IMG/VR virus record: IMGVR_UViG_3300025085_000007 | Length of the DNA stretch: 64,000 bases | Source of the DNA: a virus | Reading direction: 5' to 3' (one strand) | In this document: positions 8,560-16,478 of the stretch, piece after piece | Layout of the letters: every line of letters begins with the position of its first letter | Position numbering within the stretch: position 1 is the stretch's first letter | Made by a program: the position numbers and the translations under genes | Notes under the pieces: generated by a model | Database searches by the model: none | What the model saw: the letters and a program-made list of their open reading frames with translations, nothing else | Told to the model about the DNA's origin: nothing

Positions 8560-9843
8560 TTAAAATGGTACTTTTGAGTCTAAATAATCATCTAGACTTT
8601 TTAAATCTTCTGAATCTTTCTGTTTTTTTGTGTCTACAATTTTAAATGGTTTTGTGTACAAGCTTTTGTTTACGTCGTTATAATAGGCTATAGGATTTTC
8701 TTCTAACAAATTATATATTTCATAAACTTCTTTTTTATATACAGGGTATAGTATTGGTGCATCTTCATAATAAAATCCATCATCTATATAATTAGTATAT
8801 ACATTGCTTTTAGTACAATGCATATTTAAACATAGTTTGTGATTTTGGTATTTTGTTAACTCTTCACCACATTCTGAGCATTTAGAACTTGAATTTTGTT
8901 TGTCTGCCATATTTTTTGGATTTGCGTCCCTTGTAAAATTTCCACCCCACTTGTTGTAGCCTTGAACACCTGTGTAAGTGTTGTATCCGTTGTAAGTGTT
9001 GTAAGTTTTTTCATAAGTATGTTCTTGCTTTATTCCTCCAACATGTATTGCTATGTCGTACATTAAGTTTAATGTGTTTAATGCATCTTTATAGCTCACA
9101 TACTCGTCGTCTGTGTGTGGACTGTAATAGCCTGACGATATATTAGCCATAGCTACGTTTGGGCCTTTATCGCTTGATTTTAATTCTTTAACGTCTGTAA
9201 GTCCGCCGTTAGGTTGTAATTTAAATCCACGTTTAGTAAGCAAGTGTGCAATATTGTTTTGAAATTCATTGCCAGATAGTTCTACTAATCCAATTTTAGT
9301 TACAAAGTCATCGTTACCTTTTCTGTCTGTTTGCAATACAAATGCAGCGTCTTCAAAGAATGTCATATCTGCTACGCCACTACCTACTGTACCTACCTCC
9401 TCTGCAGCAAAGAATGCTACTTTAGCATAGTCTAGCTCGTTTAATAGATTTAGACAAGCCCACACGCCTACTTTGTCGTCGCCACCACAACCTGCTGTTT
9501 CTGTAATATCGCATCCTAGTTTGTGGTGTTTGTATTTTGTCATACCATAAAACAATGTGTCGTCTTCAGTTTTAGTTTTACATATTTTAAAATTATCTAA
9601 TATGTTATGTACTGTGTCTGTGTGTGAAACAAAGCAAGGATAGTGTAATGCAACGCCGCTTGGCATTTGTTTTGTTGCATAAATATTTTGTATAGTATTT
9701 TTACCAACTTTAACGCTTTCTGTGACAAAACTTACATTAGGCATAGATTTTAATACGCTTTGTATGTATTCTATCATTTGATCTTCTTGGTAACTTACAC
9801 TTTGTACTGCTAGTACATCTTCTAATTTAATTTTTACTTCCAT
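8560..9843 (-). CDS. M28/M20-clan zinc metallopeptidase
   Basis: HTDTVH, GGDDKVG, AAEEVG, QTDRKG, LTDV and NISSGYYSPHT metal-ligand motifs; C-terminal CxxC...C..HC zinc finger. Confidence 0.85.
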   Translation of the reverse strand: MEVKIKLEDVLAVQSVSYQEDQMIEYIQSVLKSMPNVSFVTESVKVGKNTIQNIYATKQMPSGVALHYPCFVSHTDTVHNILDNFKICKTKTEDDTLFYGMTKYKHHKLGCDITETAGCGGDDKVGVWACLNLLNELDYAKVAFFAAEEVGTVGSGVADMTFFEDAAFVLQTDRKGNDDFVTKIGLVELSGNEFQNNIAHLLTKRGFKLQPNGGLTDVKELKSSDKGPNVAMANISSGYYSPHTDDEYVSYKDALNTLNLMYDIAIHVGGIKQEHTYEKTYNTYNGYNTYTGVQGYNKWGGNFTRDANPKNMADKQNSSSKCSECGEELTKYQNHKLCLNMHCTKSNVYTNYIDDGFYYEDAPILYPVYKKEVYEIYNLLEENPIAYYNDVNKSLYTKPFKIVDTKKQKDSEDLKSLDDYLDSKVPF

Positions 9844-10157
9844 TATACTAATCTTGGTATTTCATTAATTTTTGCTTGTTCAGCTTTCTGTTGTCTTTTA
9901 ACCCAGTTACTACCTCGTAGTCCTGGATATTTTTCTTGCAATAATCTGCTACATCTTTCTATTGATTTAGGTTTAGGATGTTTTTTGTGTATGAACATGT
10001 CTTGCAACAGCTCTTTAGCTGTTATATCTTTTTTGTGCATAGATTCCCATATTATACGAGCTACCAATCTTTGATCGTCGTCTCTATAAACAGGATCTTC
10101 AAGCAAAATGTTCATTACTTTTATTTTTAAGCTAGTTTTTTTTTTATTACTATTCAT
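9843..10157 (-). CDS. Hypothetical protein
   Basis: 104-aa basic ORF (RDDDQRL...SIERCSR.LQE.YP.LRG). Confidence 0.65.
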   Translation of the reverse strand: MNSNKKKTSLKIKVMNILLEDPVYRDDDQRLVARIIWESMHKKDITAKELLQDMFIHKKHPKPKSIERCSRLLQEKYPGLRGSNWVKRQQKAEQAKINEIPRLV

Positions 10158-10515
10158 ATTTAATTATAACTTCTGAAACATAAATTGAATCTATTATAGT
10201 AGGAACAAAATGATAGATATGAATGTTATTGTTAGTATGTACCATGTTTTTATAATGTTCGCCATCTTTTCTATACCACTCTAATACTCTGTATGTTTTT
10301 ACTGTATCACCATAAAACCCATGGTCACCAATAATTAAAACAGTTTTAATATCTGGTGGTAATTCATAACTTAAATGTTTTGTGTTAAACCATTTTGTGA
10401 CTCTAATATCATTAACAAAAGCAGGATTCCTATCTCCACCCACTACAATGGATTGTTCTTGTGCATATAGCTGTGTTGTTATTAAAAATAATAAACTAAG
10501 AAATTTTGTTTTCAT
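10150..10515 (-). CDS. Putative exported protein
   Basis: N-terminal signal-peptide-like MKTKFLSLLFLITTQLYAQ. Confidence 0.55.
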   Translation of the reverse strand: MKTKFLSLLFLITTQLYAQEQSIVVGGDRNPAFVNDIRVTKWFNTKHLSYELPPDIKTVLIIGDHGFYGDTVKTYRVLEWYRKDGEHYKNMVHTNNNIHIYHFVPTIIDSIYVSEVIIKYE

Positions 10516-10798
10516 GTTTTCTGTTTTCTAATTCGTAATCTTCTACGTCGTTTACATTAACTTTTTTAACTACACCTTTTTTGTTAGGCGCAGAAGACAT
10601 AGTTATCTTTTTTAATTTTGTAAAGTTTACAAGATTTTTAACAGTCTTATAGACATTGTTTGTTAATTCTTCTGTAACTTTTGATTCGTCATCACTTTCT
10701 TGTACTTCTACAACTTTAGTAATGTTCCATTTTACGTTTTCAAAATTACCAGTATTGACTGATTCTGAGTAGCTTACGCTGATTTCTTTAATTTTCAT
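10496..10798 (-). CDS. Hypothetical protein
   Basis: Track ORF 10496..10852; the start at MKIKEISV (10798) is preferred because it minimises overlap with the upstream gene. Confidence 0.6.
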   Translation of the reverse strand: MKIKEISVSYSESVNTGNFENVKWNITKVVEVQESDDESKVTEELTNNVYKTVKNLVNFTKLKKITMSSAPNKKGVVKKVNVNDVEDYELENRKHENKIS

Positions 10799-11078
10799 CT
10801 TTGTTATATTCTTGTGCATCATCTTTTCTGCGTTCATTGTATTCGTATTCACTAATCATTTCATATTGTGAATCGTCTTCTTCGCATTCTGTGCATATCA
10901 TATATTCGTCTGCGTGTTCTTTGCAATTGCCACAAATATCTGTATGTCCCCAGAATCTAGCGTCACAGCAATTACTTGCTCCGCTTCCTATCTGTTCTGC
11001 ACCACAACAGCTTGTAACCTCATCGGAGGTATATCCGTCGTCTTGCGGGTTAGATAGTTTCCACTTATCATAAGTCAT
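10788..11078 (-). CDS. Cys-rich putative zinc-binding protein
   Basis: SCCGA, SNCCDA, CGNCKEH and CTEC clusters. Confidence 0.65.
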   Translation of the reverse strand: MTYDKWKLSNPQDDGYTSDEVTSCCGAEQIGSGASNCCDARFWGHTDICGNCKEHADEYMICTECEEDDSQYEMISEYEYNERRKDDAQEYNKDEN

Positions 11079-11084
11079 AGCTTA

Positions 11085-11246
11085 TTAACTTTTAATTGTT
11101 ACCATATTTGTTAACCAATCTACTAAATATTCAGCATATTTGACATTAAATATTTCACCTTGAAATTTAAATTCTTTTTTGTTTTTTGATTTAGCTTTTT
11201 CTAAAGCTTCTTTTAATAATTCTACGTTTTTTGTTGTTATATACAT
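11085..11246 (-). CDS. Small hypothetical protein (53 aa, below the track cut-off)
   Basis: Translated by hand: MYITTKNVELLKEALEKAK...FKFQGEIFNVKYAEYLVDWLTNMVTIKS; fills the gap. Confidence 0.55.
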   Translation of the reverse strand: MYITTKNVELLKEALEKAKSKNKKEFKFQGEIFNVKYAEYLVDWLTNMVTIKS

Positions 11247-11248
11247 AA

Positions 11249-11854
11249 TTAATAAATTGTAAATCCACCTGATTGTTCACAAAACTCTGCAAATTCTTTT
11301 ACATTTTTTTCGTCAAATGGATAGTTGCCTTCCCATTTTTTTTTGGCTTGTAAGTTATCCCAATCAGTTTTATGTGGTTCGGGATAATCTCTTGGCACTA
11401 TATCGCCATGTTGTTCTTTGACTCTTTCTTTTAATGTGTCAATTAAAATTTCTATCTTTTTGTTATGATCAACAGCTTTTTGTCTTTTCTCTTCATAATG
11501 TGCAGCATATATTTTTACATCTAAATCCTTTATTAGCTTTCTTAATCTAGCAGCAATCTTTTTAGATTTAGTTTTAGATATTTTATGCCCATCATTGTAT
11601 GTGCCTTTTGTCATATCTTTTTCTGTTAATATATCTTGACAAGAACTGCATACATACGTCCATAGTGGTCGCCACCACCAAACATTATTTCTAAAGTATA
11701 CGCCTGGGTTTTCTAACTCCCATTCTTCGTATGCATTATACCATTCTTTTTGTATGGCTTCATCTTCTATTGGCCACCCAGATTGATGTTTAATTAGTAT
11801 CTCTGGTTTTTTTGTGTTTTCTTGAGGTTTTAAACCGTGCAAATCAAATCCCAT
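11249..11854 (-). CDS. Conserved-looking phage hypothetical protein
   Basis: MGFDL...YFRNNVWWWRPLW...FAEFCEQSGGF pattern. Confidence 0.75.
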   Translation of the reverse strand: MGFDLHGLKPQENTKKPEILIKHQSGWPIEDEAIQKEWYNAYEEWELENPGVYFRNNVWWWRPLWTYVCSSCQDILTEKDMTKGTYNDGHKISKTKSKKIAARLRKLIKDLDVKIYAAHYEEKRQKAVDHNKKIEILIDTLKERVKEQHGDIVPRDYPEPHKTDWDNLQAKKKWEGNYPFDEKNVKEFAEFCEQSGGFTIY

Positions 11855-11856
11855 AA

Positions 11857-12165
11857 TTAATTATTATAATATTGTTCTAAAGCACGCTCTCTGCGTGTCT
11901 TTCTTTTTTTATTTGGTTCTTTCTTTTCTTTTTTTAATCCTCTTTTACTTAATACTTTACGTCTATAAGTAGAGAATATAAATCCTGCTATAAAGCCGCT
12001 GCTCATCATAAATTGTGATGCACTAGTTATAATTGGCAAAATTATTGTTAAGCTTATGTCCCAATAGACACCATACTTACGTATTTTATCCCAATCATTA
12101 CCATATATGTCACACAATGTATAGATGTAAACACCAGCAATACAAAAAGCTAGTATTAAAGTCAT
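11857..12165 (-). CDS. Membrane protein
   Basis: Two or three hydrophobic segments and a basic C-terminus. Confidence 0.6.
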   Translation of the reverse strand: MTLILAFCIAGVYIYTLCDIYGNDWDKIRKYGVYWDISLTIILPIITSASQFMMSSGFIAGFIFSTYRRKVLSKRGLKKEKKEPNKKRKTRRERALEQYYNN

Positions 12166-12326
12166 TCTTTTTTTGTTTTAATTAACAAATCCATTTCTAT
12201 AGGATCTATGTTAGCATACAACTCTTCAAACAATTTATCTTCTTTTTGTTTTAGTTTATTTATTGTTTGATTTTTTGGACTTTTTACTTTTTTAATTATG
12301 CTCTGTAGTTTCTTTATCTTTATCAT
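12162..12326 (-). CDS. Small hypothetical protein
   Basis: Track ORF 12162..12401; the internal start MIKIKKLQ (12326) is more plausible. Confidence 0.45.
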   Translation of the reverse strand: MIKIKKLQSIIKKVKSPKNQTINKLKQKEDKLFEELYANIDPIEMDLLIKTKKE

Positions 12327-12579
12327 CACTATAAATTTTTGCAAAACTGTCAAATAAATCTTGCATTTGTGTTTCATTAGAGTTACTAGTTTGACAATCA
12401 TCTTTTTCTTCTACATTATAAGATGCATTTACGTACTCGTTTATTTGTTGCAGCACTTCTTTGAATGTTTGGTGCATTTCCACCATTTCTTCTATTGAGT
12501 ACTCTACTTCTAGTTTACCTAGTTCGAACTGTGCTTCTTCTGCTACGTTTACTTTGATGTTTTCTAATTTAAATTTCAT
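12292..12579 (-). CDS. Hypothetical protein
   Basis: 95-aa acidic ORF. Confidence 0.6.
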   Translation of the reverse strand: MKFKLENIKVNVAEEAQFELGKLEVEYSIEEMVEMHQTFKEVLQQINEYVNASYNVEEKDDCQTSNSNETQMQDLFDSFAKIYSDDKDKETTEHN

Positions 12580-12580
12580 A

Positions 12581-12976
12581 CTATTTTAATTTACCGATTC
12601 TAAAATTATTGTTGTTAAATTTTTGTTTTGTTAAGTATTTAACTATCTCATTTTTCTTGTTAGATTTTTTATTGAAATAGTTTTCTATTGTACCAAAACT
12701 GTATTCTAAATGTGTATCCCATAGTTGTTTTTCTATAGCATACTCTTCGTATGTTTTAAAATACTTTTCTAGTATCATGCAGTTAAGCTCCAGGTTTTTA
12801 AATCTGTAACTTACTTTTTTCATTTTATAACCTTCGGGCGCTTGTTCTACAACCTTGCCGTTAGGTATAATGATTACTAAATTTTGTTCTTTTCTGTAGT
12901 GTGGTATGCACTTGTTCATGTTGTGTGCTAATACTGCATCTGCTACAAAATTCTTGTTTGAAATTACTAATGCCAT
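12581..12976 (-). CDS. Hypothetical early protein
   Basis: 131-aa ORF with A-rich TIR (AATAAAAATAAAACAATG). Confidence 0.65.
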   Translation of the reverse strand: MALVISNKNFVADAVLAHNMNKCIPHYRKEQNLVIIIPNGKVVEQAPEGYKMKKVSYRFKNLELNCMILEKYFKTYEEYAIEKQLWDTHLEYSFGTIENYFNKKSNKKNEIVKYLTKQKFNNNNFRIGKLK

Positions 12977-12999
12977 TGTTTTATTTTTATTGGCGTTTC

Positions 13000-13022
13000 G
13001 GTAAATGAATACCTAACGAAAT
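13000..13022 (-). promoter_or_regulatory. Conserved hairpin motif, copy A (ATTTCGTTA-GGTA-TTCATT-TACC)
   Basis: Near-identical to 15060-15083; stem ends 24 nt before the ATG at 12976. Confidence 0.55.
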
Positions 13023-13056
13023 CAGTCGCTAGCTGTTGCTTTGAAGTGTGTGCTCA

Positions 13057-13434
13057 CTAATAATAATGATAGGGATCATGTGGATCATCCCATTCCTCAA
13101 ATTGTATTTCTGAAAAGCCATGACCACCAACCTCTTTACAAATTGAATTGTAATCAATGAATCCTACACCTCTTTTATTGTACTCCACAATGTATGATAG
13201 TAAATTAACGCGCCTAAGTGTTGCTACTGCATCAAATCTTAATTTCCAAACACCACAACAGGTATTACCTTTACCATCTTCACCGTGTGTAAATCCTTGA
13301 CTTGTTCCACCTCGTGCATTTCTTTTCCAATACATAATTATATTGTACAAGTGATCTGTTTTAAGGTCAGTAATCTTGACTTTTACTTTACCATTTATTA
13401 AATGATATTCTTTTAAATCAGGAATATGTTTCAT
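13057..13434 (-). CDS. Hypothetical protein
   Basis: 125-aa ORF; ATGA overlap with the upstream gene. Confidence 0.6.
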   Translation of the reverse strand: MKHIPDLKEYHLINGKVKVKITDLKTDHLYNIIMYWKRNARGGTSQGFTHGEDGKGNTCCGVWKLRFDAVATLRRVNLLSYIVEYNKRGVGFIDYNSICKEVGGHGFSEIQFEEWDDPHDPYHYY

Positions 13435-13775
13435 GACTTATCTCTTTTTGGTAATGGTGGTCTTTTGTGTAAGTCCCACCATTCACTACCATCGTACTCA
13501 CCTCTTGTCATCCATAGTCCATTCTTTAACCATATGGTTCCATATAGTTTTTGACCACCATAACCAGCGTAGTAATCATACTCATTCATTTTTGATAACC
13601 ATTTATCAAGCTCTAAATCAGTGTGTCCAGGATATAATATATACCACACCCAGTCTTCTTCTCTATATGTATCTGGAAAAGATACTTCAGCAGCCTGAAT
13701 ATCTCTTAGTGGTATATTCGCATTAGTTAATAGTTTTACTATTTCTGCTCTTGCATTTCTATTAAACATATCCAT
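13431..13775 (-). CDS. Conserved-looking phage hypothetical protein
   Basis: Y.AGYGGQ.LYGTIW...W..RGEYDGSEWW motif. Confidence 0.7.
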   Translation of the reverse strand: MDMFNRNARAEIVKLLTNANIPLRDIQAAEVSFPDTYREEDWVWYILYPGHTDLELDKWLSKMNEYDYYAGYGGQKLYGTIWLKNGLWMTRGEYDGSEWWDLHKRPPLPKRDKS

Positions 13776-13776
13776 A

Positions 13777-14250
13777 CTAATATTTAAATTGATTTAAAGA
13801 TAAAAGTTGTCGCTCAAGCTTACTTCTTTGATAAGATAAAGCACTTTCTATTATTTTTGGATCTGTTAGCTGTGTAGCTAAAGATTCAGTTTCTTTAATA
13901 GCATAAGAAGCGTCATCATTTATTCCTGATTCATCATCATCGTTTTTATTTAAATCAAATCCTACTGTAAGATTACCGTATTCATCACGTTTACTAAAGG
14001 TTATTCCTCCGTGAACTTTTACATAGTCGTCAATAGAATCATTGTCTAAATCATTTTGCATATATATATGTACAAAAGGATGATTACTTTTTAAAGTAAC
14101 ATAACCACAATGCCATATATATTCTTCAGTATAATACATTCCTCCTGCTTGTCTTTGGTAGCGTATAACATGCGCACCTAATACTTTTCTGTCACCCCAT
14201 TTATTTACAACAGGGATTTTTGTATTTGAATTGACTTTATTATTTTTCAT
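13777..14250 (-). CDS. Conserved-looking phage hypothetical protein
   Basis: WHCGYV...VHGGITF...GFD motif. Confidence 0.7.
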   Translation of the reverse strand: MKNNKVNSNTKIPVVNKWGDRKVLGAHVIRYQRQAGGMYYTEEYIWHCGYVTLKSNHPFVHIYMQNDLDNDSIDDYVKVHGGITFSKRDEYGNLTVGFDLNKNDDDESGINDDASYAIKETESLATQLTDPKIIESALSYQRSKLERQLLSLNQFKY

Positions 14251-14425
14251 ACTCTGGCTTTGTTTTAATAATAATATTTAAAGCAATTTTATCAATCATC
14301 TCCCAATCACGATCATGTGCTTTCCAAGCATCTTTAAGTTTATTGAACGCATCAATTCTAGACCAATACAATGCTTCATACCAATCTCTATCTTCTATTA
14401 ATTCTTTTTTTTCGTTTCTTTCCAC
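14240..14425 (-). CDS. Small hypothetical protein
   Basis: 61-aa ORF in operon. Confidence 0.5.
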   Translation of the reverse strand: MERNEKKELIEDRDWYEALYWSRIDAFNKLKDAWKAHDRDWEMIDKIALNIIIKTKPEYEK

Positions 14426-14434
14426 GTTATTATT

Positions 14435-14647
14435 TTATTTATTAGATTCAACTTTATTTATAAAAGACTTTATCTGCTCGTCTAATTCATCTATGGTTAA
14501 TTCCAGAGATATACATATTTCACGTAATTTTTCATTACGCAATTTAAGTTCAGAAATTTCTTCTTTTAGCTTAACTATATCTGCTGTTAACCAATCTACC
14601 TTTGCTAACGCATCGCGTAGCTCAAGGTTCTTATCTAATCTACTCAT
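14435..14647 (-). CDS. Small coiled-coil protein
   Basis: Heptad pattern over 70 aa. Confidence 0.55.
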   Translation of the reverse strand: MSRLDKNLELRDALAKVDWLTADIVKLKEEISELKLRNEKLREICISLELTIDELDEQIKSFINKVESNK

Positions 14648-15036
14648 TAGTATTTTAATATTACTTGGTTAGACATTACATTAACATAGTCAATAACATT
14701 CTTATCATTTAAATGGAATGTCATTGTTCTAGCACCAGGCTTATAGCTTTTGACAGCTATTATTTCTAATGCCTTCTTACAAGGTTTGATTACTGCTTTT
14801 TGTATTAATAGTTTAGTACGCTTAGTAACACCTGTTTCTACATTAGTTTCATACACTTTAAGATTAGTCATATTATTAATACGACTAGCAATATCTTTAA
14901 TCTTGTACTCCAACGTAGGTTTGAAACTCATCACATCATAACTTGTCTTAGGTTTGTCTAAGGCAGTTGTGTAATAGTTACTTGTACTTAAATCTGTTGT
15001 TGTTGCATATCTTGCAACGATTTTTAAATCTCTCAT
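14647..15036 (-). CDS. Hypothetical early protein
   Basis: Track start 15093 lies in a structured region; start at MRDLK (15036) after AAAAAAAAGAG is preferred. Confidence 0.6.
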   Translation of the reverse strand: MRDLKIVARYATTTDLSTSNYYTTALDKPKTSYDVMSFKPTLEYKIKDIASRINNMTNLKVYETNVETGVTKRTKLLIQKAVIKPCKKALEIIAVKSYKPGARTMTFHLNDKNVIDYVNVMSNQVILKY

Positions 15037-15059
15037 CTCTTTTTTTTTGAGAGTTTGCA

Positions 15060-15083
15060 GGCAAATGAATGCCCTACCGAAAT
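15060..15083 (-). promoter_or_regulatory. Conserved hairpin motif, copy B (ATTTCGGTAG-GGCA-TTCATT-TGCC)
   Basis: Compensatory T-A to C-G change relative to copy A; stem ends 24 nt before the ATG at 15036. Confidence 0.55.
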
Positions 15084-15117
15084 GTGTCGGCACACTTAAT
15101 TGAACAAAGTTTTAAAC

Positions 15118-15160
15118 ATGACTTGACTTTATCAAAATTATTGTATAACTTTGAAGTCAT
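15118..15160 (+). promoter_or_regulatory. Rightward (antisense to early arm) promoter TTGACT...TAACTTTG, bracketed by an ATGACTT/AAGTCAT inverted repeat
   Basis: TAACTTTG at 15146-15153; TTG about 20 nt upstream; 7-bp inverted repeat at 15118-15124 and 15154-15160. Confidence 0.45.
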
Positions 15161-15496
15161 AAATTAATCACTTAAATAAATGAAATTATAATAAAACATA
15201 CTTAAACCACATAATTCTACATAACTACTTGATTATCAATAACTTAAACATTTATAGTACTTAAAATAGTACTAAAACTATAGTTTATAGACTAGTAGAT
15301 ATTATATAACTCTTATGTAGTTAAACATAAAATCAATACGCAATAGTTATTTTTTTTTCTTTCTTACTACTTATTGTTGTTAAAACAACTAACTAATTAG
15401 CAAAACCCACCCACCCACCTATAGTTTTATACACAGAACAACTGTTTAACTATTAAAATAACATCAACGCAACGATTATTGTGGCAAATGTTTATA

Positions 15497-16060
15497 TTAT
15501 AAATTACTTAAATTATTAATATCATCTTCTCTTGATTTCAATGCATCGAGAGCATTAGCATATGATACCCAAACAGTAGTAGTAACATACTTACCGTTCT
15601 CGTACTTGCCTTTCTTTACGGCAAGGTTAGAGTCTGCAAACGCAGCGCCATCCACAATCTTGTAGTACACGCCATTGTCAGACTCCTTCTTGATCTTGTG
15701 TAGACCAAGCTTCTTCAGCTTGTTGAATACAGTAGACTGCTTAGCCTCAGCATTCTCAAGCATCTCTTTTAAATCAGCACCAGAGTATATCTCCATAAAC
15801 AGATCAGCTTTGATGTAGTAGTCTGTAGTAAACCACTCACCATCTTCAGCTTGAGTAGGAACACCAAGTATAATTGTGCTGATGTCACTTATCTTAGTAT
15901 TACCTGCCATGTATTGTGTCTTGTACTTAGTACGAGCATACACGGAGATCTTACCTTCCTCATGTAACTGAGCGATAGGTGTAGCAACGACTTGCTTACT
16001 TGTGTTACGAACTCTGTTGTTAAAGTTCTCTCTGATTTGATTTGCTGTCATATTTGACAT
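15497..16060 (-). CDS. Hypothetical early protein (GC-richer than the rest of the genome)
   Basis: Track start 16096; start at MSNMTANQ (16060) is preferred (shared GGCnnnnACTATTATG context). Confidence 0.7.
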   Translation of the reverse strand: MSNMTANQIRENFNNRVRNTSKQVVATPIAQLHEEGKISVYARTKYKTQYMAGNTKISDISTIILGVPTQAEDGEWFTTDYYIKADLFMEIYSGADLKEMLENAEAKQSTVFNKLKKLGLHKIKKESDNGVYYKIVDGAAFADSNLAVKKGKYENGKYVTTTVWVSYANALDALKSREDDINNLSNL

Positions 16061-16127
16061 AATAGTTCTCGCCTCATAACATAATAATGCGGACATCTAA
16101 CGAGTATGGTCCTGGTTAATCTTAATG

Positions 16128-16171
16128 AACCCTGAAGAGGAATCGAACCTCTCCATGTTCCAAACAGGGTT
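16128..16171 (-). ncRNA. Mini tRNA-like element (acceptor stem plus T-arm, no anticodon arm)
   Basis: AACCCTG-TTTGGAACATGG-AGAGG-TTCGATT-CCTCT-T-CAGGGTT: 7-bp outer stem, 5-bp stem with canonical G-TTCGATT-C T-loop. Confidence 0.55.
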
Positions 16172-16177
16172 GACTGA

Positions 16178-16405
16178 CTAGATTAGATCTGTGAAGTCAG
16201 TTGCCTCAAGAGTTAATAGAGCAATAGATGCTACTCGAGTGTCCTTACGTAGTTGTTGAACACCTTTAGTACCAGCGTATCGTTTAGATACATACTGATG
16301 AGCTGTTGCTACAGGATCTTGAAGTAGAGTTACTGTACTCTTCTTTGCTGATTTAGCAGCGTTAGTTACTTTCTTTACTCTTGATGTTTTAGCTTTAGTA
16401 GCCAT
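16178..16405 (-). CDS. Basic small protein, first gene of the leftward arm
   Basis: Track TTG start at 16420; ATG at 16405 (MATKAKTSR) is preferred; Lys/Ala-rich N-terminus. Confidence 0.65.
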   Translation of the reverse strand: MATKAKTSRVKKVTNAAKSAKKSTVTLLQDPVATAHQYVSKRYAGTKGVQQLRKDTRVASIALLTLEATDFTDLI

Positions 16406-16478
16406 AATAGTTCGTGCCAATAAACATACATTGATGCCAGCTACACACGTTCAGCTGTAGTGAATAGTTAAAAATAGA

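Noticed and set aside
15406-15419. G-quadruplex (minus strand GGTGGGTGGGTGGG)
   Set aside because: Only three G3 tracts plus one G2; at most a weak two-tier structure, with no other support.
16128-16171. Bona fide tRNA gene
   Set aside because: Only 12 nt lie between the acceptor strand and the T-stem, so there is no room for D and anticodon arms; kept as a tRNA-like element instead.
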